From contig NEEC01000017.1 in assembly GCA_002189035.1 (NCBI GenBank), positions 1,116,001 through 1,180,000 of the forward strand: a DNA stretch of 64,000 nucleotides, given 5' to 3'. The position numbers and the translations under genes were made by a program. The stretch is from Utricularia gibba (Eukaryota > Plantae > Magnoliophyta). Below are positions 12,983-26,171 of the stretch, in pieces. Each line of letters begins with the position of its first letter. Position 1 is the first letter of the stretch. The notes under the pieces were generated by a model. That model did not search any database. It was not told the origin of the DNA and saw nothing but the letters and a program-made list of their open reading frames with translations.

Positions 12983-13552
12983 ATGCAACCTTCTCAACTC
13001 TCTGAATGCTATCCACTTCCATCAAGCCTTATGCAGTTGCCTGATCAGTTTGGCTTTGATACAAGTATTATGTCATCACCATGCAATTTCAGTGATTCTT
13101 CAAACCCCTTGTTGAGACCTCAAATCCGGGAAGCTAGTGCAAAATCAACATCTTTCAACAGTAACTCAACTTCAGATGAAGCCGACGAGAAACAACTGAG
13201 CATACTAGATGAGAAGAAGCAGAGACGAATGATATCAAATCGGGAATCTGCGAGAAGGTCGCGTATGCGGAAACAAAAGTACTTGGATGAGCTCCGTTCA
13301 CAGGTTATTTTCCTGATCAAAGAGAATCGCCAACTCATGGATAAATTGAGCAGTGTATGGGAGATTCGTGACCACGTAATCCAAGAAAATACTCAACTCA
13401 GAGAACAAACAGTAGAGCTAAGACAGATCCTTACTGATATGCAGCTCAGCAATCAATTCACAAGCTTGGTACAGTTCGATGATGACCCCTGCAACAATTT
13501 GGCATATTCCGAATCCGAAGGAGCTGTTTTTGGAATTCTTTGTGAAAAATGA
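12983..13552 (+). CDS. Group S bZIP transcription factor (bZIP3/42/43-like), intronless, 189 aa
   Basis: Basic region RRMISNRESARRSRMRKQKYLDEL followed by a leucine zipper. NSTSDEA motif typical of this subgroup. Confidence 0.9.
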   Translation: MQPSQLSECYPLPSSLMQLPDQFGFDTSIMSSPCNFSDSSNPLLRPQIREASAKSTSFNSNSTSDEADEKQLSILDEKKQRRMISNRESARRSRMRKQKYLDELRSQVIFLIKENRQLMDKLSSVWEIRDHVIQENTQLREQTVELRQILTDMQLSNQFTSLVQFDDDPCNNLAYSESEGAVFGILCEK

Positions 13553-14105
13553 TGGCATGATTTCAACTTCAATGAGGAATCCCACTACAACGTATCATAG
13601 CAATGCAATGTAGTAATGGAAACGAAGAAACTCCACGAATCGAGAAACTTACCCCCCTCCTCCTCTAAACGCTGAAAAACTTCGAACATAGATTCACAAA
13701 TCCCGCACCCAGTTGAAGTTATCAGCAAGGCAAGTTCTCCACCTTCCAAAAATATTACCACCACAGGAATCCCCCAAGAAACACAAGCACAAATCATGGA
13801 ACGTTAACGAAAAACATCGAACACCTGATACTCACATTACGCCAGCAGTTCCATCATATGCCTGAAAATGAGGGCATTTTCCCCTTCCCAACCAGAGTAG
13901 CCGTTGAGATTATCACGATTGATTCGGTAACTTTACATAAATTCATTTTTACCACCACAAATAAGCCTCAATTCAATTTAGCCCCACAAGTCCCAAACTT
14001 TATTCAAGAGTCGTCATCAAAGTACAAGTGTGAAAACAGCAAAAGAACATCTGGAATTTATTTGATCAAAATGAAGAAACAACTATGGCGTGGGTGAAGA
14101 GCTCC

Positions 14106-14459
14106 TCATTTTTTAACCCCAGTTGAATCCACTGCTCCATGCGCCTTCGCCTGCACCTGGACTGCAGCCTTTAAGAACCCCACAATGTCAGAAAAACAAG
14201 AAAGATGATCATGGTGCCGATGTTGGCTCAGGAAGCTTACCTCCTGCACAGATTCTTTAGCAGATTGTGCAGCATTGCTCACCTTCTCCATCACCTGGCT
14301 GCCCTTTTCCTGCACGATGCAACAAAGCATCAAACCACAGTCACCTTTAAGGATGCACAACACATGCATTCATATCACACGGATTGTGTTCTGGAAATGA
14401 ACCTGGATCTGGCCTTTGGCCTCGCCGGCATGGAGGCTAGCTTTGTCAGAAGTATCCAT
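14106..14459 (-). CDS. Small LEA / ABA-inducible protein, 3 exons, 62 aa
   Basis: Exons 14459-14403, 14309-14241, 14168-14106, all phase 0 with GT-AG. Protein MDTSDKASLHAGEAKGQIQEKGSQVMEKVSNAAQSAKESVQEAAVQVQAKAHGAVDSTGVKK. Confidence 0.88.
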
Positions 14460-15679
14460 TTTCTGGGTTCAAGATTCAAGGTATGAATGAAAACGCTGGT
14501 GCTGAATGGAAAGGGTGTGGCCATGATACTTATACCACCTTCAGATCAATCAGGAGCCACCAGGTGACATTGTTTCCCTACTGTCAGCCTTCCTATTCTA
14601 AAGGGAGAAGTGTTCAAAGCTTATCCAAACCCCCTCATACTATTTTTAACTTCAATTCCTCCAAAATAAGAAAAAGCTTCTAGATTTATGCCCTTTTTTG
14701 TATTATTTTAGAAATCAAGCACTTTTCCAACAAGTTAGTTCCAAAATTTCTATATTTGGGTGCCATCATCGGCATAAGCAATGGTATTTAGAACAGTTTC
14801 TATATATTAAAAAGTGTTCAAAAATCAATGGTGTTATTTAAATATAATATATTTTATTTAAAAAAACAAAAGTCTATACAAATTTTTATTACTTGTAAGA
14901 AATTACATAAATCTAGTTTTTATTGTATTAGATCATTTGTCAAAAATTGATTTTCACTAAGCATAATCAAAGAGAGACTAATCTGAACTAATCATTGAGT
15001 ATTGAGTGAAGATCACTTCTATATAGTTTTAGAATTTATTTTTGCAAATTATGCATAATGCATTCATTTTTTAATATGTCTATTTTGACTTTTGAGTCAC
15101 CAACCTCAATCTTCTTAATTTTTGCATGATAATAGTGTTTGGTAGGTGGTTTAATAATAGTTTTAAAGTATGTTTTATTTAACATGTGCGTTTGATAAGA
15201 AGTTTTAAATTAAAATAGTAATTTATTTTAAAATTAGTTTAAGATAAATTAAAACTATATATATATATATATAGTTTTATTGATTCGTATAATTTGGAGT
15301 AAACTACATATTTATTACTAATTTATCTTTCTTTCTACTTCAATTTTTTTAAAAAAATATAAAACCACAATTTAAATGTTTTTTATTATAAAATATAACA
15401 CATTTAAATGTATTTATCAAATAGTTATTAAACCTAAAAATCATAAATCTAATATTTTATCTTAAAATATATTATCAAAATCTTAAATCGATTATTCATT
15501 ATTCAGTGGGTTGAATGTACATTTAAAAGTAAAAACTGAAACTTTACACCAGATTGTAGTCTCCTTCATCACAACATTTCTTTGTTTTTTACTTCAATCT
15601 GAATCCCACCAAGTTTCCAACTCCTAGGCTTTAGTGTACAAATTGTACAGTCTGATTTCTCCTTTCCAGATGATTTGTT

Positions 15680-17359
15680 TCATGTGCAAGAACCGAGCGA
15701 TTTCATTCTCCTCATCACCTCTTCACTGCAACAGCAAAGCCCGTATTCCTCGTTAGTTTAAGCTACTGGTTTAGTGTTTCTTTTTTTGAACAGAGTCGTG
15801 ATGAAAGAAGCTCAAAAACCTCATCGGCCGCCGGTCTACGACGGAGGTGGATAGCATGCCTCTGTTCTCTTCAGCTCTTCTCATCAGATAGGGAATGATC
15901 TGTTCCACTGGACCAAATGGGAGATACTTGCTTACCCTGAATCCAGCGTTTCTCAGACCATAAGATAGCACCTCAGCCATGCCATAAAGCTGAGCAAATT
16001 GTAAGCTTTGGCTTCTTCTTTCAATTCCCAGGTCACTTGCCTTACGTGCAGCGAGTTTCCCTGTAAAAAAACGATTATTTTAGGAAATGGGATGTCATAG
16101 GAATTGATCTGTTTGTCATAAGAATGCTGCTACCTGATTCGGTGTTATGCGTCGCAAGAACGGCGAAACCGGAGCCTCCTGCGATCTCTTCGAGTAAAAA
16201 GTTAGTGCAATTGTTGTAACAAGCGTGAGTCTCCTCGATGCAGCTGTGGATGGGGGACTCAGCTCCTCTGAAAGCTGCAAACTTGTTCTCACTCGACATG
16301 TAAGCTCCTCTAACAAGCTTGAACCCCAGAGGGATTCTCCATACATCAGCAGCTTTCTTTGCTGCGACTAATCTCTGTGGTGCATCTTTCAGATATGCCT
16401 GAATCGTGTTGTATATGAGCGGAACTTTATCATCCCCTTTGCTGCTGTACTCGATAGCTGCTGAGTACGTGAGATAGTCTATTGCAGGCTGAATAGATGT
16501 ATCTTCTGCATCTATGAGCAGAGGCACATTTGATTCGAGGCTTTTTTTGCAGATGTTAGAGACTCTGTTGTAAGCAAGAGTAAGTTCGTCTTCTTCGTGC
16601 CTGGTTAAAGAATCGGGCTTTTCTGGGGTGTGGTAAAAAGGGCTTGAATCAGAGAAAATTGGCAAAGTTTTGAGCTTCCATGGAAGACTAATGGAGTTGT
16701 CGTCTCTGTATTCCCATCTCAACAAATCGCTTATTCTTTTCAGCAGTCTTGGTGGGCAAATTGCTGTAATTTTCACCACTATGAAGCTCACCTGAGATCG
16801 CAAGTGAACCTCATGAAACATAGAATCAGAAGAAGGTGAACAACGGTGGAAAAAAACTTACAGGGAGAGATGAAGATGGAGCTGCCTGGATCGTTCGAAG
16901 AAACTCCGACAAATTTTCGTCACAGGTGACGTTATCGTCGGCGTGTTCTAATCCATAATCCAGCATACCGTAGAATCCATCTCGCCGGAGCCTACCCAAC
17001 GTCGCGGCCGCCGCCTCGAAATCTTTCCCGGCACAAAAATGGTCATAAAAAGTGTGCTCCGTCAATCCCAGCACCATCTTCCGCCACAGGGGATTCGTCA
17101 TCCTCTTCGGATTCAAAGCCCACGACCCGAAATCAGCCGTGCACTTCATCCCGACCAAACGGAGCGTGATTATCGATTTGATTAGCTTTAAGGTGGAAAT
17201 AGAAGCGAATAGCTCCCGCGTGTTGTCGAGATTGACGCCGCCTTCGCAGGTCGCAGTTCTTGCCTTCAGTTCGTCGGTAAATTTGCCCGCCGGCGCAACC
17301 CCGGTAACGGAGGAGCGGAGGGTGGTGCTGAGTCCGCGGCGGACGCTCCGGCCGACCAT
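15680..17359 (-). CDS. ProDH: Proline dehydrogenase (mitochondrial), 4 exons, about 480 aa
   Basis: Exons 17359-16862, 16791-16134, 16060-15820, 15725-15680. Motifs HFCAG, MLDYGLE, LLIDAEDT, KLVRGAY, LATHN, SKYLPFGPV, PYLMRRAEENRG. The start Met is inferred. Confidence 0.93.
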
Positions 17360-17383
17360 TCTTAGTTGGTTCCCACGAGAGGT

Positions 17384-17492
17384 GACACGTTCACAAATAC
17401 ATCCATCACCCCCAACAAAACAGGAAACCTGTAATCCGGAACTCGTTGCATTCTTTTTTTGTGGCTTTCTTACCGACTTCAACAGCCACGTG
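17384..17492 (-). promoter_or_regulatory. ABRE (ACGTGTC) and G-box (CACGTG) just upstream of ProDH
   Basis: GACACGT at 17384-17390 (reverse complement ACGTGTC) and CACGTG at 17487-17492. Confidence 0.4.
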
Positions 17493-18643
17493 TATAATTC
17501 AAACACAAAAGGATAATTGCTGCATTAAAAATACTGATTTTATTACCAATAATGTCCGGATTATCGTACTTATTCTGGAATATCATTCTCTATTCTGATA
17601 AACTAAAATATTGTTATATCTATGCATATATCCAAAAGTCCTCAAAGAACATCATGAAGTAGCTAAGTATAAATTATGAATGTAGTGTTAAATTCAATTG
17701 CTAAAATAATTTTTAAATGATTTTATGTTTGTGTGATTGTGATATAAGAAATACACGACACCAAACATTTACATGGAAACCTCGAGTGAAAAAAACCATG
17801 TGCAAAACGCTAATCAAAGGTGAACTGATTTAAGGAGTTACAATCATAAGGTACAAGTCACACATGCAAATCATCAATCCAATCTAAGTAACATAAGGTT
17901 TGATTGACTTTTCAACTAAAAAGATGGACACTTAGATTCTTGTTTGAGATTATCTCACTTTTAAACATTTTGTAACATCTCAGTCCTCAATTTAGTACGT
18001 TTTTAACCAAATTCTAATGCATCAACTACAATATGGAGAGTCATGTGTTGTGAATACTAATTTCAAAATATGTCATATTGAGTTGATGACTTAGGCTAAG
18101 AAAGAATATTATGTTGTACATATTAATGAACAAATAGATTCATAAGATGCATTTGATCTCTCATCAATATTTAACAAATATCATTTTGTATTCTAATTAA
18201 AATATCTTTTGCATTATTCACTAATGGTCAATCCCTCATCCATTGTAAATGGAGTGGAAGAAATTAAATAAAGGGTATATAAATTTTATGTAAAATTATG
18301 AAAATGAAACATTGGAAGAGGAGATGGGAATCTCAAAGTATAAGAGGGGGTGATAGAAATGATGAGGACATTCACGTAATTTTACATGTCGAATTTGTGA
18401 TTGGGCCTGTTTGGCCCACATTCCACTCTTCTTTTTCATGTAATGGACTGTAGAAACATTTCTGGGTTGGTATTTATGGGCCCAATTTCTAAAGTTGGGC
18501 CTTTTTGAAGAAAACGATCCAGATTTCGTCCCACCGAGGGGTGGATGCGGATCGAAGTAGGCGGTTTGAGAGTACACCGGCCGAGGGTGGGACTTTTTTG
18601 AGGAGAAATCTAAGTCTTGTTGTCAACGGGCGATCGGAAAGTG

Positions 18644-20394
18644 ATGGGAGGTGAAGACGGCGAGAATCAGCAGACCTTGCGGCGGATTGCTGCGGAGTCG
18701 TACGATTATGAGAACGATCCACGGTGGGCGGAATATTGGTCAAACGTACTCATCCCGCCGCATATGGCCTCCCGCGCAAACGTCGTTGACCACTTTAAGC
18801 GCAAGTTTTACCAGCGTTATATCGTGTGTCTCTATCTTTATTCTTCATTTCAGCATCGGTGTTTGGGTATTCTTTTGGGTTTGGAGGGGTGATGGTCGTT
18901 TTCTTTGCTTTCTGATAGGATCCTGAACTGATTGTGGAGCCAATGGGGGGTAATTCTACTGCTTCTTCGTCTGCAAACCCACCGCAATCTTCCTCACCAC
19001 CCAATTCTAGCAGTAGTAGTAGCAGCACTCGCCAACGGAGTACAGGTACAGGATTTAAGGCATTTATCAGTACTATGTGTTGGAGTAACTTCATTTTAGT
19101 GAACAGTCTGAAATGAATCCTTTCAGGTTCCCCCTGGGGAACGAGAACACAAGGGGCGTCTACAACATCTGCTAGCTCTGCGTCACTACAGTGGGATCAG
19201 CGAACCATCCAATTTTCGGTCAATGCTTGGGTACGCTGTTACTCGTCAAAGTTTATTCTAAATGGATAAATGAAGACGATGTAGAGAGATTTAGGAATCT
19301 GGTGTTGCATATTTCATGTTTTTCTTTTCATCTTGCAGGTTTTCTTCGTGGGAATTCTTGCTATACTACCATTTATACCGGTTAATCTTTCGAATCGGGC
19401 ATATCGGCTTTCCTTGCTTGGCACATTATGTTCATCCCTCTATTCTTTGTATTCATTATATGGGGTAATACAGATTTTTTGTTCGTTTAGTTTGCCATGC
19501 TCCTCCATTTAGATCTTCACTGACCTTTCATATCCTCAGAAACCTAGAGCATGGAACATGCAAGCTTTGCAAGTATGGTTTCAATCTGTAGCAGCTACCA
19601 AGGACTTTATCTACTCGATATACTGCATAACTTTTGTGACCTCAAATTTGTGCCTCAAATGTTAGTACCCATATTGTCTCGTCTTCTTATACTCAGTATT
19701 CTTGCTTTACACTATTTTTTATCCCACCATAATTTTTTGCAGTTGCTTTGATCCCTATACTATGCCGTGCTGTTGAGGATGTAGCAAAGTTCCTGAGGCG
19801 AAACTTCAGCAGGTCCAACTTGTACAGGTAACAGCCCAGGTTAACTTTCTTGTATACTGGGATTTGTGCTGTGACATCTTATCGTTTATTTTCCACAGAA
19901 AGTACCTAGAAAAAGCTTGTGTATGGATCGAAGCAAACACAACGACTCTTAGCATCCTATCCTCGCAAGCTGAGATTGGAATTGGATTTCTTCTAATTAT
20001 ATCTCTACTCTCGTCAGTTTCCTCTCCTTGCATCTCTCTGATTAAGATAATAGTTAGCTGTATAGTTCATATCTGTGTTATTATACAGGTGGCAACGCAA
20101 TATCCTACAGCCACTGATGTATTGGCAGGTAATAACCGCCACTTAAAGTCTCCCAGTTCAGATGACATTATTGAAAAATGGAAGAGCCCAAAGCCACTCC
20201 TGCATAAGTAAACTAATATTTTGTTCCCCTTCTAATTGCAGCTTCTGAAGCTTATGTACAATGCTCCTGCTACTGCGGGTTATCATCGAAGTACATGGTC
20301 GAGCATTGGACAGTTTGCCGATCCATTAATCCAGCGCTACACCCCCTTCCTGAACACCCCAATTACGATGGCACAAAGATGGTGGTTTAGGTGA
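18644..20394 (+). CDS. TMEM33/Pom33-family ER/nuclear-envelope membrane protein, 9 exons
   Basis: First exon 18644-18823 (YDYENDPRWAEYWSNVLIPPHMA...HFKRKFYQRYI). Internal exons KPRAWNMQAL, KYLEKACVWIEANTTTLSILSSQAEIG and WQRNILQPLMYWQ splice in frame. Ends AQRWWFR*. Site-II TGGGCC motifs at about 18400-18500. Confidence 0.88.
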
Positions 20395-20930
20395 AAAAAG
20401 CCACCCTCTAGCTCGCAAAATCAGGGCCACTTCAGAATAATAGATCTGTTGCTGTACTGTTTAGACATTTTCGCATGTTCCCTTTTGAAGGAAATGCATC
20501 TGATGAACGCCGCACTTGAATTTTATTCACTTGTTTCGACCAACTCGAAGGAAACACCAATCAAAAAGAGTAGTCATCGCAGTAATTCACAGAGACTCAA
20601 TGTTATAGAGACAAGCAGTGCAGTGGAAGAAAAGAAAATCCGCAGCCTGCATGGTTTGTTTATTCCTCGGCATATTAAGAAAGACGGCAGGGATGACTCT
20701 CGCATTCTTATTGTTTTCATACAAAATTACCAATTGTGCCAAAAACAAAGGGAGCTGCTCGCCTTTTACTCTAAAAGCAATCCGGAGAGACGAAAGAATC
20801 GCACTCTTCGCGGTGTTTACTGCTGATGGAACTTTGAAAACAGCCAATGCAGGAGGAGGATTGGGAAAATCATCAAAACTAACCACATTTCGGAGAGACA
20901 ACACAGGTTCTGCAAACCTTGTTGTTGTCT

Positions 20931-23633
20931 CTATGTCCAAAGGTTCTCACGACGATGTTCACGGACGATAACAGCCACGCTTGTAGGTGGGATCTGAAAA
21001 CAAAAAGACACCAACTCAAGAGGCAAGACAAGCAGATTGCATGAAAAGATACCTTCATGTCTTGCAAGGGATATGAAATAATCTTTCTGATCTTAGTCAA
21101 GGTTTTGCTCACTCACTCAAGTGGAAATTTTGTAAATGGAAAGTCTTAATGTAGACTCAATAATAGAGTATATAGCCAAAAACTCACCATTCCAAAATCA
21201 GTTATGATCATTGATATGTAGTCTGATGGTGTTACGTCATAGCTGGGGAATGAGTAAACAATGAACGTGAGTCCATAGAAATCCTGATAGCAGCAGTTTT
21301 AAATTCATATGTGAAAAATAGAATCTCACTCACGTGAGGTTCAGGAGTTGCAGATTTTCAATATCAGCCCAGCTATCCAAACATGAGATTTCGTTTCTTC
21401 CAGGAATCTTCGAAATAGCATCAGGATTACCTACATGAAGATGCAAGTAGGAGAAATAAAAAAACACTCTTATTTATGGACTCCAATGAGGAGTAAAACT
21501 GAACAGATTTCAGCTACCAAGTTCGTTAGAGCAAATTGAATCAAGTTGGACCCTCTCGTGAAACTTGTAAGCTTCACAGCATATCAGGACAGGAACACGG
21601 AACTGATGGGCTACCATAGCAATGCATGCAGTTCCCACCCTTGAGTATACAGTACCATTGGCCAACACAGATGATGCGCCCAAAAATACCCTAGTCACTT
21701 CATGCATGATATAAGACACAGCATTGATATGGGTATAGGTACATCTGATACCCATTCTAGTGAGCCTAACAAGTAATTTTTGGCCTTCAAGCTTTGGACG
21801 CGAATCAACTACTATCACACGGAACTTTTTACCAAGCTCATGAGCATGCAGAAATATCATTTCAACAGCAGAGGAAGACGCATATGTGAGAAGAACATCA
21901 CCATCACAGATTTTTGTGATGGCATGGTTCACAATCACTTTATCCGCAAGAACTATTTTCTCACTTATAAAATGGTCAATATCAGAGACTAATTTCTCCT
22001 TTGCTTCTGACTCGGACAGGTCCAGAGGCAAATTAGCAATTTGGGTCTTGAGAAACCTAATTGCACTTCCCATACTGACGGAAAGAGGCCTGCATTCAAT
22101 CAGAAAAGAGACATAACCATTTATTTTTGAAGTCAGATCCCTAACAAGTGACTTCTCCGGAGGAGTTGAGTAGTCCTTAATCGACTCCTGAAATGCTTGA
22201 AGCATAGCAACACAACGTGCGTTGCCCCCAGATACATCCCCAGTTAGATAACTCAGTCCAACCTGCAAGGATAGTTTGAGCTGAATGTTGATCAAGTTGC
22301 ATCATCAGAGAAAGATATAAAAAACATAATAACTAACACAAGAAACTACCTTGTATACAGCTGGATGAACTGTATGAAGTTGGAAAAACTTAGACTCAAC
22401 ATCAGGCAACCAGGCTCCATGCTCATACTGAGGAAGGTGTCTAAAAAGTTCGACTCTGTTCTTAGCTTCAGTGTGCTTTACAACAGATCGCTTCTTTGCC
22501 TTCTCTACTCTGTTCGTGTCATCAAATTGCATCCTAGGATGGGGGACATCTTTCTTCTTATCTTTATCTGGTTGGCGATCACTAGTTTTTTTTTCAGATG
22601 TTACAGTTGAGGAGCTTTCTTTTTTCTGCGGGGCAGCCTTTGTAGACTTTCCGGTACCAGCATTCGTGGTATTATTAGCTGCAACATTAGGTCCCTTAAT
22701 TCCTTCACCTGAAAACATGGGATTTCTAATAATAAAGACAACTTCTGAGGCTTATTGAACAAAAATCGATCATTTTCATAAGGGGGAGCGAGACAGTCAT
22801 CAACATCGCTGTGAAAATAGAGCATACCGAACATTATGATGGAAATGCAATATCACCATATTACTTTTCTGTTTCAAGAAACACTCACATTATTCAATAC
22901 TATATGTAAATGCACCCAGCGTTATACTATTCGCAAACTTTCAAAGAAGGTGGAGGATTAAACCTCGTGCAGCAGCCTTTGCAGCCCTTTGTGCCTCTTG
23001 CATTGCACGCCTTTCCGCTTTACTCGTCTTATCTTTTAAAGGCTTCGAAGAGGCTGCACTCTGCTCCCGCGTTTCTGCAATTTGTCATCCATTACGTTAT
23101 CGAAACGTACAACCTCTAAACCATCCATTGATAATCAATGTGAAAAGCAAAACCATGAAAACCAAAGTAAAAAATCCACCTGCCGGTAAAGTAATAACAT
23201 TATTCTGCTTTGCTAACTCCATGTCAAAACCACCAGCAGGCAAAGAGGTAGCAAGTTTTCCGGAACTACCCCTACGACCCAGACGAGGTGACAGCCGCTC
23301 CTCACTGAAATCAGTGGCCGCAGCAGGGGACTGAAACTCGGAGGGATTATAACTGCCGACGGGAATAGAAGACTCAGCAACTCGGCTACCACCGCGGAGA
23401 GGTGAGGCAGGGGGACCTTGAAGAAAATGACGCGCGAGTTCAGTAGGAAGGTGGCGTGGGGGCGGAATCATCACCGGAGACAAGGAGTTCCCGGTGGGGG
23501 AAACATCGGACAAAGGCGGCGATGATACCAGAGGACCAGATTTCGACCGATCCGGCTGAGCCCCTGGGGCAAAAAAACCCACTTGCCGGACCTTCGGGTC
23601 ACTCACGGTTCGAGGAACTCGACGACCGTCCAT
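20931..23633 (-). CDS. eIF2Bdelta: Translation initiation factor eIF2B subunit delta, 7 exons
   Basis: Motifs SKAERRAMQEAQRAAK, VELFRHLPQYE, SGGNARCVAML, CRPLSVSMGSAIR, SRVGTA, CEAYKFHERVQLDS, YDVTPSDYISMIITDFGM. Last exon 20993-20931 IPPTSVAVIVREHRRENLWT*. Confidence 0.93.
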
Positions 23634-26171
23634 AACTCCGGCGGCCGTGAGTGAGATTTTCCGATTAGTGATTCCCAGTCACTTCCATCACCAATCGAAA
23701 AAATCAAGGGTTTCATAAGAGGAATTGAGGGTATTTTTGTTATTCCCGGTAGGCCTCATGCCCATGACATTGAAATGACAATTCAAATCAAATTAAGACA
23801 AGGATTTATCCGTTACGCATATAGTACTCGTTTATCACTACATGAAATGTTATTTAAATATTACAATAATATAGTATTATTTATTAGATATTTTTGCAAT
23901 TTTATTATTGAAACACAAAGTTATGACTCATTAATTTTATCTCATGGTTTGAAGAGAGAATATAATTCTTAGTAATTCAAAATTGCTTTTTACTTTATCC
24001 CTCTTTTTTTTTATCAATAAATTAGTTTTTTTTTTTTTTTTTATCTTTCATACAAATTCTATTAACTTGAAGGACTAGTTTGATAGGACATGAAAAATTG
24101 ATTTATGTTAAATAATCATTATTAATCACATAGTTGATAAACGTTAATATTTAGTTCCATGGATTAGATATCCAATTAATTTTTTTATTTAAGACTTTAT
24201 TAATAATGAAACACAAATTCATCCATCTAAATAGTGTTAATTGATTACATGATGATAAAATAATATATCATTATTATTATTTCAAAAAGTTTTTACTTTA
24301 ATTATGTGACTTTTTGTATAATAGTATTCATTTATAATATTCAATTCTCACGATTTTATGTTCATTCGTTTCAAAAAAAGTTTCAATATAAGATTAGAAA
24401 GTCCATCTATTTAAATATATTCTTTACTCCATCCATAATGTAAACTACTGATTAGCTCCCTTGCTTTACATTATTCTTAGACAATCAATATTCTTGATGA
24501 ATGCGCTCTTGTCTCTACAATGTTACTTATCAGGATTTGGGTTTAATTTCAAATGTGGTTTCTTGGTATTATGTTATCCATTTAGAACATTCAATTTTTA
24601 TGATTTTATGTATTATATTTTAGAAAAAATAACTCATATAAGATTAGTAATATTATATATAAATTTAATTATAAAACTTTCTAACAAATACATAATAAAT
24701 AATCCTCTGTAAATAACATTTTTTTACAAAACACACTCATGTTTTTCAAATTATTTATTTTGTATAAATTAATCTCAATCACATTTCATCAAATAAATCA
24801 AAATATACTATCAAATAAATCCAAAATAGATAAGAAAAATTATCTTTTTTCTTAAATTTTGAATTATGAGTATTTTTATCGTATTTATACAATATTATCT
24901 GTTTTTTTATGTTTCATAAAAAGAACTATTTAATTATGTTAATACCATATATATTTATATATGTATATCTAATTATAAAACTCTGTATCAAATCATCCTG
25001 ATTAATAAATGATGAAGTAACACTCCATGCAAATTACATGCAAGTTAATTCCAATGACATTTAATACCAAACAAACAAAAATGTTCTATTAAATAAAAAC
25101 ATCACCACTTCAGTTTGATGTAATAGAATCAGAGGTGTGTGCTATGTGCCAAGGTGGATAGGACAGTGAAGCTAGTGGGTATGATTGTCCAATCATCCCA
25201 TTCCTCCTCTGCAAGACTGATTGTCAAATGCAATAAAATAAGGAGGAAAAGGCTAAGAAGGCAGGGCACCAGGCTCAATGGGAATAACTTCTGTGCACAC
25301 TAAAGAGACAGATGTTCAGGTTCTTTCACTGACTGTGAGCTCTGCACTCTCCTCCCCAGCAGCAAGCACCTGGGGTGCACTCTATATCAAAAAATACGCA
25401 CGATCACGGGGTTTGAACGACCGGAATACCATGTTTTGGAAATGACTGAGGCGGACTCTCTGTAAAGCGCCTTGATCATGATGAATCCCGGCACAGAGAT
25501 CACCGGCGTCGTTTTTATGTCACCGGGAACTAAAAGAAAACGGCGGAGAGAGATCGGAAATGTTTGGATGTAATCAGAACTGCTGCAAGTAGAGGGAACA
25601 AGGGCGCTCACATGTTTTCATCGTTTGAGTATCTATCGTCCCGTGAGAAGCTTTTGGGAGGATAGCAGAAAACAGAAAGATGCATGCAACATGACTGATA
25701 TGAAAATTTAGAACTATGGTTTAATGTTCCTGTTAAATCCTAAAGGAGCAGTTATAATGAAGGAGAGAATTGATATGGAAAGTGGTTGTTTGGATCTGAA
25801 ATCTGATGTTACATTTTGATTCATACTGAATGCTCTTGGGATTACAGGTTCTTGCAGTTCAGATTTGTTGACCTAGAAATGAAAAGGCCTGCATCAAGTT
25901 CAGAATTTCATCTGACAAAGACAACTCAAATCAATCCATTTGGACATTAACTGTAGTGTCTAGGGTATGTCCATGGGTAGACAAATCACACAAACTTAAC
26001 ACAAGAAACAAGAAGGATTTGTTGCACAAATATTACAGGTGCATTTCCTCGAGAGCTTGAAGCTAAGCAAGTAACATAGCACAGAATCTTACAGCATCCC
26101 ATAGATATAAAGATTACTGATAGTCGAAAACGGCGTGTTTGTTTCAATACCCCTCATGAAGATCTAAAAGA

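Noticed and set aside
16783-16870. ProDH intron 1 start (GTAAGTTTT) and exon 2 start (GTGAGCTTC) both encode V-S-F, suggesting intron gain by duplication or recursive splicing
   Set aside because: Only 9 nt of similarity; coincidence is sufficient.
17052-17516. 154-aa ORF antisense to ProDH exon 1 (similar cases at 26407-26799, 47195-47563, 49037-49510 and 62329-62700)
   Set aside because: Typical antisense shadows of GC-rich coding exons with no independent homology.
20449-20971. Three overlapping ORFs of 117-125 aa between the convergent TMEM33 and eIF2B-delta stops
   Set aside because: Non-ATG starts (TTG/GTG), no motif, and located in expected 3' UTR space.
25470-25600. ATGATGA C-box-like motif downstream of CYC
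   Set aside because: No D box or rRNA-antisense guide at a suitable distance.
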